Below, in pieces: positions 54,500 through 64,000 of a stretch of DNA of 64,000 bases. The translations under genes were made by a program, and so were the position numbers. The DNA comes from Octopus vulgaris. Its lineage: Eukaryota. How positions within the stretch are numbered: position 1 is the first letter of the stretch; each line of letters opens with the position of its first letter. The stretch is from the NCBI GenBank assembly GCA_951406725.2, contig OX597816.1, forward strand, positions 139,066,001 to 139,130,000, read 5' to 3'. Below the pieces are notes generated by a model. It did not search any database. It was given only the letters and a program-made list of their open reading frames with translations, and had not been told where the DNA came from.

Positions 54500-56330
54500 G
54501 GAGATATAGACTGAGAGGGAGGCTTTCAACACAAGCAAAGTGAAAGACCTGGAGAATCTGAATTTGTTTAGGCTACTAAAATATATAGATATAGGGAAAT
54601 GAGAGTGTCTCCCATATGACTTTGAGAATAACAGTGACAGTGACTCGAACAGACAAATTTAGAGTTTCCCAAAGGAACACCATTTTGAAAGGCCTGAGTC
54701 TCGAGATACCGTTGATCTTGTTGCACCCAGATGGTAACTTGGTGGTCATGGACACGAACGGTAGCGAAGGGGATGCCGTCAAACTAGAAGCCGTGTACGT
54801 CCTGACTGGGGCTGGGCAACCAAATTTCTTCAGGTTTGTGAAGGTTTTCTCGGAACATCAACGCTCTTTAGTATCAGTAGGCGATTGAAACGCCATCTTG
54901 GATGCAGGTTTGAATTGTGTGAGGCAAGCTGTTAGGAGGGTGCTGCAAAAGCCTCGCAAACTTACTTAGATGTTTCCAACTGTCTGACAGATACCGATTA
55001 GATTTCCTGAATGCGCCAATGTGGATATATGGAAATAGCATTGGGTCATCCAGATCGTATCTAGACAGATAATTTTGTTGATAGTATATCATATGGTGTC
55101 CACAATTCAAATTTTCGGCTAAATACACCACAAACTTATGATTTTTACGGTTGATCTAGATAAGCTGCATAGATGGGATGATGGCAGCTGATGAAATACG
55201 GCAGATATAGCTGGCTGCACAAGAGAGAGGTCGCTGGGGTTCCCGTACGAAATTTACCGTTATATGCAAGACATGTTTGGTGGCCTCTGACGGCAGAACG
55301 GGAAGATTCCCAGTTCTACGAAGCTAGTTGTAATGGTACTGCTGAAAAATGATCCGAACAAGGGGGTATGATATAGACTTTCAGAACTGTAAGTCCGCTA
55401 AATACAATGATGAAGATTTTGGTCAGTCTGTTAGTTGAGAGGAAGTTGGTTTTTATCGTTTATACTTTCATAGGTTAGGCACGTCATCCAAGACAGATCT
55501 TTCCACAACAACCTTTGTCTCATGGTATACATCATAGAAAGTGGTGGGGAGAGTAAGGAACCTGGCATGGGTTCTTTATTCCTTCTTACTCTTCACTATA
55601 GATGGGTTAAAGGCTTTCGACAGAGTTGACCATCAATACTTGATATCAGTTCCCATGGTGATTGCTTTCATTCCAGTCTTTAGAGTTTGATTGCAGAAGC
55701 ATACAGCAACATCTGCTTGATGGTCAGTTCAAATGTCCATATATTGGAACAGTTTAGAACTTGTCAGACCGAACGCGTTCGGTCTGACAAGTTTACCCCC
55801 TCTCGCTCCTTCTGCACGTGCTGGCTGTCGAATAACTACTGCAAAAGTTAGAAGTTTCGTGCAAAAGTTAGAAGTGAACTAGGATGTGAGAGAGCTGTGT
55901 CAGCGTAGGTGGACGACATCATCGTAAAACTGTTGGAGGCCAAACTCATCGAGATAATTGTCACTACTCTGAGGAAATATGAACCGGTGACAGGAGCTAA
56001 AATTAACCAGAAACTCTATGTACCCTGCAAACTGGAATCTGGAGAGGTAGGACTATGCCACCGAGGAGCGTTGTAGGGGGTTAGAAACCGTTCTATATGT
56101 ACTCGAGTATTGCTCTCTTTGGGAGAACTATCGAAAAGCTGTTATTCCGTGTGGGAGGGATTGGGTTAACGGGCGACTCCTTTGTGAAAATCACGCCACC
56201 TCCTTCTTTTAGTCTGAAAGTTTGGGCAGTTTGTTTCGGATTGGAGGCTATGGCAAAAGAGAATGTGTGGTAGACTATACGATAAATGATTGAAGACAGA
56301 CACTTTCTCTTCGGTCAAGCACTCATGGAC
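54500..56330 (+). mobile_element. Decayed L1/Tx1-clade LINE (APE endonuclease plus RT remnants)
   Basis: HPDGNLVVMD...LEAVYVLTG...LVSVGD*NAILD (APE); SYLDR; KAFDRVDHQYL; RSV*Q..PLS.LL.VLA.E; SA*VDDI; YE.VTGAKIN. Confidence 0.75.
55758..55793. repeat. Perfect 36-bp palindrome inside the Tx1-like LINE
   Basis: aacttgtcagaccgaacg|cgttcggtctgacaagtt. Confidence 0.95.
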
Positions 56331-56919
56331 GTTTTTTTTTGTTTTTTCAGTTCCATTTGAAAATAATATCATTATCATTATTGAGAGAGAGAGAGCAGTG
56401 CATACCATCAAAGTAACACTAGGATAGAAATATACAAATATATCCTTCATAACAATCCGTCTGATAAAGGTACACCAGGTACATGCATCGCAACCATATG
56501 TACGCGACCTGGTGATCTTATATCAAGATAATCAGCGCATGACCTTGCAGGTGGGATCAAGTTAGAAATTTCTTCATGTCGAGTAGCTCATCCTACTCAA
56601 AAGGTCCTTGAATTAGGGTTGTTTAAGAATGATGGACAAAACGCCCATGTCTCCAGAGGTGAATTATTCAAAGCCCAAAGAACTCCTCTCAACACATGGT
56701 TATGATGCTCCCCGACTACTGCTCATGATCAGAGACGCACTAATTGTCAGCTACCAAGGGACGCGTTCAACTGGTTATGGTCAGGTAACAGACAAGCAAA
56801 TCTGTGTTATTGAGTAAAATATTTGCTGCAGCCAAGACAAAACATGTACATGTTAACATTTCCAATCAGTTAAAATCAGAAGCCATAAGAGCTGCATCCT
56901 GGTACTGCATCCGGGCATT

Positions 56920-57600
56920 TAGAATCGTTAGCATACCGACCAAAATGCTTAGCGGCATTTCGTCCCTCTTTTACGTTCTGAGTTCAAATTCTGCCGAGGC
57001 CAACTTTTCATCCTTTCAAGGAGGATAAAATTAGTTGGGTACTGGGGTCGTTATAATCGGCTGACAGCCTTCCTTAAAATTGCTGGCCTCGTGCCAAAAT
57101 TTGAAACTATTATTATTATTAGTTTCTGAAAGAAACTAATAATAATAACAGTTCTGAAAGATCCATTTTGTATGAGTAATTACAACCTGAGTTCATTGCA
57201 TCTGATTTTAAGGCGGTGTGTTGAGGGAATCATTAGCGTAGTATTTCTTCCGATTCATTATCTTCCGAGTTCAAATCCCACCCAAGTCAACTTTGCCATT
57301 CATCTTTCGGGGTTGATGAAATAATTACCAATTTAGCACTGGGGCCCATGTAATCAAATAGACCTTCCACCAAACTCTCTGACCGCGTGCCTATAGTAGC
57401 TGTAAGACTGCGAGATGACTTGAATCATGTTAGCACGATTTCAGGGTTTACGTTCTGAGTTTAAATTCCGCGAAGCCGATTTTGCCTTTCGTCCTTTCGG
57501 GGGTCGATAAAATAAGTACCAGATGAGCACTGGGGCCCACGAAATTGATTAATCTTCCTCTCAAAAATTAGAGGCCTTGTGCTTATAGTAAAAATGATTT
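56920..57600 (+). mobile_element. Three consecutive same-orientation SINE family A copies
   Basis: Family A domain recurs at ~56920-57110, ~57212-57400 and ~57405-57600. Confidence 0.75.
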
Positions 57601-57700
57601 TTATTGATTGGTTTTGGTCTTTAGTATCATAATCATCATCGTTATGAGTTTTACTGAATCAATATCTCTACTACTACAACAACAACAACAACAACAACAG

Positions 57701-57764
<64 letters not shown>

Positions 57765-58151
57765 GTATTTCACTTTCAATTTAAAGTAGTCAATACTCTT
57801 GTGTTTCTCTGAAATTTTTGGTAATACTTTATCATAATATACATGCTGTCAAAATCAATAAATTTAACCAGAAATAGTGGCGGTGGGGGGGAAATGTCAT
57901 TACCCACTTCCTGTGGACATAACACCACTAGCACCATCATCATCAGCAGTAGCATGTACCGTCATCACCAGCAGCAGCACCACCACAACAAATCTCCTTC
58001 CACATCATCTTATATCCTCTCAGCTATTAGTTGAGTAATTTCTCAATATTTTAAATCATTAAGAAAGACATTGGAACCTGAATAAAATAAAACAAGATCA
58101 GAGAGGAAAAAAAAACATATAAAAATGAAACGTTATACATACATACATACA

Positions 58152-58185
<34 letters not shown>

Positions 58186-58319
58186 CATACATACATACAT
58201 GCATGCGTACATACATGTATATATACATACGTACATACAGTTATATATATGTGTGTGTGTGTATATGTGTGTATACACACACACATAGACACGCGCGCGC
58301 ACACACACGTACACACACA

Positions 58320-59110
58320 TACAGGCTACGTAAGATATTTGAAGACATATCTTTTTTAGGTCATTGCTGCATTTTTTTGCTAACTCTGTATAATCGTGTT
58401 TCTTGTTTTTTTTTTCAGAAAATAATAATGGCAGATCCTCAGATTACTCAAGAAATGAAGAGGCATGCTGTTATTGTGGTTATAAATACTGAGCATCATT
58501 GCGATTTAGAAATATCTTGATTTTTAAAAGTTGCCAAATTTGTCGTCTACAAAGTTTGTAAGGTGCTAGAGACTGAAGATTGAAACATATCACCAGTATC
58601 AAAGCATAAAAAGCATTCTAAATGCTCTAAAATCATCAGAACAGCTGAATTTATCCAGCATGTTCAACAGACCATTGATTACAATCCCAGAAAATCCATG
58701 CGGTCAATTGCAAAATATCTCCATGTGTCAGAAGGAACAGTCAAAAATGTCGTCCACGAAGACATCAGATTTAAGTCTTATATGATGAGGAAAAGTCAAT
58801 TTGTCAGAAAAAGTAATAAAAAATCGTTGTATCAGATCTAAAAAGCTCTTTAACAAACTCAAAATTCAGCAGAAGATTTAATTTGTATTTTTTTTTGTTT
58901 TTTGTTTTTTCCAAACGAAAAAAACTTCGACCAAGATCAGAAAGTTAACAGAAGAAATGACAGATGGTTATGTGCAGACCCTTTTGAAGTTCCAAGTGTT
59001 ATGCATACAAAATTTCCTGTAACTGTCATGGTTTTAGGGGTTGTCAGCAATGAAGAACATGTGATGTCTCCTTACATCATTCCACAAGGCCTTAGAGTTA
59101 ACCCTGCCGC
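58320..59110 (+). mobile_element. Decayed Tc1/mariner DD37D (maT-like) transposon, copy 2, 3' truncated
   Basis: MADPQITQEMKRHAVIV...NPRKSMRSIAKYLHVSEGTVKNVVHEDI...NEKNFDQDQKVNRRNDRWLC...HTKFPVTVMVLGVVSNE. Confidence 0.85.
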
Positions 59111-60706
59111 CAAAATTGCCGAAGAGTTGAATCCAAAAATTACAAATCAATAAGCTAAATTTCTTCCTGTTAAGTGCTATAATCCTTTTAAGCGCTATAA
59201 GCTTCCACATCTATTTTCAACGCTCTTAACTTCGAGCCAGTGAGGAGGACCCCTATATAGCTGCTGGATCGGTTTGAAACATCAGTAAAACGTCTCTTAG
59301 ATCGTTTAATACTGACTTAGAAAAAGACACAATGAATAAAATAGTCCTTAGTACACAAAATAGTGTGCTCATGACAAGATCGCACATTGATGTACAGGAT
59401 CTGGGTTGATTCAGTGGCGTTTGAAATGGGGTGTTAAATATCAACAATGGGTCAATAATGAAACAGCTGCATGGTCATTGTCTCAGCTAAAGATAAAAGA
59501 ATTTTACTCATATGCCCGCTACATCTTAAAAAAGAAAGAGATCATTAGATATTGGATGCACTCTACCGAAGGAAATAGCGGGTCGGTTTGACAACCAGGA
59601 CTGACTCATGGCATGTCAACATCAATAGTTCTCATAACTGCAATAAACACTCCTAACTTTTATCAATCTTTTGCAACTGCAGTAATCTCAGCCATAATTG
59701 ACTTATTTCCTTCGTGGCTTTTAATTAAGTACTGCAAAATCATTTCCATTTTTCAAATACTATGATGATCCAATGATGAAACATCAACATGGTCACTGGA
59801 TCCACCAAGAACAAAAGGGAAATTTCACTACCCTCATTGCTATTTATTTAAAAGGGATCGTTAGATCATGTATTCTTTAATGCATTGTGCCTATGAAAAT
59901 ACCGAGATGATCTCAGATGCAATATATCTAACAATCAGGACTGGTTTAAGGCTAATCGACATCATCAATTTTCTTAACTACAATAAACTCTCCTAACATT
60001 TACAAATCCTTCAAGTAATCTCTTTCAACCATAACACCTATTAGTCGTAGCTTCTTATTATGTACTGTGAAATTGTTTCCTTCTGTCAAACACTAAAACT
60101 GAGCTGTTGTTTGTAAACCAACCCCCACGAACTCTCGGCTGCTTACCATCTATCCGATTCACTTGAATATCTGAGTTTCTACATTAATCTAACTATTCCT
60201 ATATTCAGAGATGAAACCTGAGAAACGGTTTATACAGATGAAAACATCCGGAGACGAAGATGACAAACAGAAGTTCCTTGTTTTCAAGTGAGCAATCATA
60301 GGTGAAGAGAAATCCGTCACTACATCCTGAAGAAACCTGGTTCTCGTTTCACAAAAGTAAACCAGATACATTATTCATAAGTATGTAGTGTGGTACATAG
60401 TTTAGGCTTCTGCTGCAGATGTCCCAGGAGGGAATATTCATAGGTTTCTGAGACTTAAGGCTGTAAAATGTATAATAAGTTAAAAAGATTAAAATTGATT
60501 GAACTGATATTTCGCTTTGTGTGTTTGTGCTTATATGCAAGTATATACTTGCGTAGGTGTTTGCATTTGTTTACATGGTTGTATGAGTGCCCTCACCACA
60601 GAATCTTGAAGTAATGACTTTTCCATATTCCTCGTCTTATCACCACTGTTATTGTTACATTCCCAGCAATTCTTAGGATGTCATTCATCAAACAGCTGCG
60701 ATATAC

Positions 60707-60783
<77 letters not shown>

Positions 60784-62113
60784 TATATATATACATACAT
60801 ACATATATATGTGTGTATATCTATGCATACACACGCACACATGTACATACACACACAGACATGCATATATGCATACATACCAGTGTCAATGTGCCACCTG
60901 CCGATATCTTATTCCTTGGAAGCTATGAGCTGATTACTGCAAGCTAGCGAGACATTGAAACATATTCCAGTGTTCTCTTGGTCAACAATGGTTAGTTGTG
61001 CTTCTTACTGAAGCTGAAGGCAACTATAATAATAGCCAAGGAAAGAAGAATAATGGTTGGTATTAGCAAACACAAATACATTTAGTAAAGCAAGTCAACA
61101 TTGGAACCTCTATGAAGTAACTAAATCTGCGAGAAATAGCAGCTGTGTCACCTTCAAATTCTATACTAGCAACTGAAAATAATGAAAGACACATTAGATG
61201 ATGTAAACTAAGATACACTATAGTAAAGGAGAATTGATCATAGCTGGAACGCCTTTAATCATAGCAATTTGTATAAGCATGCTCCTCTTACCGCACATTA
61301 ATTTTATTAATTCTAGAAATGATACCCAACATGCGGCTCGAAACCAGACATAGTCGAGGAGGGAACTGAGCATACCAGCGTTCACAGTACATAACTGATA
61401 TACATTTCAAAGATATCGAGAAAACGAAATGCAAAACCGACCGCGGTGGCAAGATATTAATCATAATAGCGTAACCGATGAGTCTATTGAGAGTTTAATA
61501 TTGTAGACAATGACTAATCACGGAGCCATTAATGACGCGCGAATTTGTGCGAGTCAATGACACTCGCTCTAAAGACCTTTCCTCTTAGAAGTTAATTACA
61601 TGCTATTATATACCATTCATAAGGAAATGTAATTCTATTCTGTATATATATATCTAAGAAAGTACAAAAGCCGAAATGTTTTGGTTGCTACACCAGAACA
61701 AGACAACCCACCCAAACAGAGATGTTTGAAAAACCTATCACCAGCAACTCATTATTTTTGGCTGAAGCGCAGTTTAGACAATTGTTCGTAACAAATTGGT
61801 ATCATGTGTCGCACATCAAAAGGAACACGTTGCCATAAAGTGTTTATGTAATCCACAGGAGGTAGATAGAAAACAGCGGGGAGTTTCTTTCTGACAATCA
61901 TTATAAATTGTTCCACAGATTCTCTGTTGTTCAACTTACACAGATGCTTTACTGTATACGAAGCTGATTTATCATTTACGTTTTTCTTAAGCACACACAT
62001 ACACTCATACATAATTGGAGACGACTAAAACATACATACTCATGATAAAACACACACACATGCACAAGCATTCACATTTATACATGCAACGATAATATAG
62101 AGGTATGTATATG

Positions 62114-62157
<44 letters not shown>

Positions 62158-62227
62158 CATATGTATGGATATGTATGTGTGTGTATGTATGCATATATAT
62201 ATATGTATGTATATATATATATATATG

Positions 62228-62267
<40 letters not shown>

Positions 62268-62268
<1 letters not shown>

Positions 62269-62513
62269 GAGGCGCGTGGCTTAGTGATTAGGGTGTCAGT
62301 ATCATGATCGTAAGATTTTGGTTTCGACACCTGGACCGGGCGATGCGTTGTGTTCTTGAGCAAAACACTTCATTTCACGTTGCTCCAGTCCACTCAGTTG
62401 GCAAAAATGAGTAACGCTGCGATGGACTGACGTCTCGTCCAGCTGGGGAACACATACGCCATAGAAACTGGGAAACATGGCCCACGAGACTGGCTAGGCT
62501 TTAAAAGGGTGCA
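62268..62513 (+). mobile_element. SINE family B
   Basis: ggaggcgcgtggcttagtg..ttgagcaaaacacttcatttcacgttgctccagtccactcag..ctgcgatggactga. Confidence 0.85.
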
Positions 62514-62519
62514 TATATA

Positions 62520-62729
62520 TAGATCGTTAGCCACTACACACATTTTTTCTCTCCTTGTTTCTCTCTTTTTTCTCTCCTTGTTTCTCTCCTTTTTCTGTGT
62601 CCCTTTCTGTAGAAGAGCGTAAGACCCGAAACGTAAAAGTATTTTCCTATTCCTGAGCGTTATACTAATACATCTGTTTGTTTTGTACACCACCTGCCTT
62701 CGTCTTTTGTTGTTTTTTTCGTAAATTCT

Positions 62730-62735
<6 letters not shown>
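62520..62735 (+). mobile_element. Probable Penelope pLTR-like short element with hammerhead-like core at 62603-62639
   Basis: cttt-CTGtaGAagagcgtaagaccc-GAAA-cg-TA-aaag; element ends in (TA)n. Confidence 0.35.
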
Positions 62736-62766
<31 letters not shown>

Positions 62767-62980
62767 CATACATGTGTATATATATGTATATGTATATATA
62801 TATACGTTTAAATGTATATAAACAGAAGATACAAATATTACAGGCACCCCCACACACACACACTAAATAAACATAGACGCACATAGAGATATAAGCATGC
62901 GCAAATGAAGACATACAATAGAAATACAAAATGGCTGACGGTTAGTAAGGAGAGACACCAATAAGTGAGAAGAAAACAAA

Positions 62981-63025
62981 GGACCACTGATGCGGTCACA
63001 GGAGTGTGACGAAAGAACTCTGGCC
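62981..63025 (+). ncRNA. Hammerhead motif (A9 to C)
   Basis: ggacca-CTGATGc-g-gtcaca-ggag-tgtgac-GAAA-gaac-TC-tggcc: perfect 6-bp stem II, stem I cca/tgg. Confidence 0.55.
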
Positions 63026-63133
63026 GAAATAAGATTAAGATTAATGTAATAAATAAATATCACTGAAGCAAAATAACACCAAATATATAGTGCGTGTGTT
63101 TTTATTGGCTTAACTGGCAATATGACCATTCCG

Positions 63134-63191
<58 letters not shown>

Positions 63192-63619
63192 CATACATGT
63201 CTACATATATACGTACATTCATACAAACATACATGCATACATACATATATACATACATACACTGTGTGTATGCATGTGTATGCGTGTGTGCGTGCTCGCC
63301 GCGCGCGCGTGCGTGTGTGCGTGCGTGAGTGAGTGAAAAAGAGAGAGACAGGGTGCCAGAATCAATAAAATACGTACCAGAGTGGAATATGTGCTGAAGT
63401 CGATACTATCTACTAAAGAGCCTGCAAAGACAATATCTTACATCCGCACAACAATGATTGAGACCAGCCATAGAAGAAATTATTAAAGAATATGTACGCA
63501 CCCTACTCACAGCACACTGTTAATCCACTTGCGTAGGTGAGCTGTCAGTGTGTATGCAATATATGATAATAGAGAAAACATGTGGTTTAAGTGTATCTCT
63601 TTTCTAACATATGATAATC

Positions 63620-63678
<59 letters not shown>

Positions 63679-63780
63679 AGTTCAATTATTAACAGATTGC
63701 GAGTGGAAAAGTTAAGTATGCAAAAGTCGGCTTTGTTACTTAAGTATATTTATACATACAAACAACTTTATACAGATTGG

Positions 63781-63950
63781 CGCACGAGTGGGCTGTGTGA
63801 TAAGTCGCTTGCTTACCAACCACATGGTTTCGGGTTCAGTCCCACTGTGTGGTACCTTGGGCAAGTGTCTTCTACTATTGCCTCGGGCCGACCAAAGCCT
63901 TGTGAGTGGATTTGGTAGACGGAAACTAAAAGAAGTCCGCCGTATATCTA
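63781..63950 (+). mobile_element. SINE family C 5' half
   Basis: ggctgtgtgataag..ccacatggtttcgggttcagtcccactg..gatttggtagacggaaact. Confidence 0.85.
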
Positions 63951-64000
63951 TATATATAAACAAATTATATATATATATATATACTTATTCTATTGGTCAC

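Overview
AT-rich, microsatellite-saturated animal genomic DNA. The SINE families and the (TA)n/(TACA)n/(GATA)n load are typical of an octopus (coleoid cephalopod) genome; this is an inference from repeat recognition. One credible host gene is present: a MARCH2/3-like RING-CH transmembrane E3 ubiquitin ligase whose coding sequence lies in one exon (16028-17278, +), inside a ~5.5 kb microsatellite-free island. The rest is mostly transposon debris: at least four tRNA-derived SINE families (over 20 copies), three mariner remnants (one a clean TIR/TA-bounded deletion derivative), two DD37D/maT-like copies, a piggyBac, a non-autonomous Helitron, a Gypsy (Mag-like) LTR+PBS+gag remnant, RTE, CR1-like and Tx1-like LINE remnants, and Penelope-like fragments. 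The most notable signal is a set of about 10 minimal type I hammerhead-ribozyme motifs or half-motifs, most with palindromic stem III, from unrelated short elements mostly sitting in or beside microsatellite tracts. One is a ~129-bp zero-spacer palindrome (11034-11162) encoding a hammerhead core on both strands. Nearly all other ORFs in the supplied track are microsatellite artefacts. Repeat boundaries are read by eye and are approximate.
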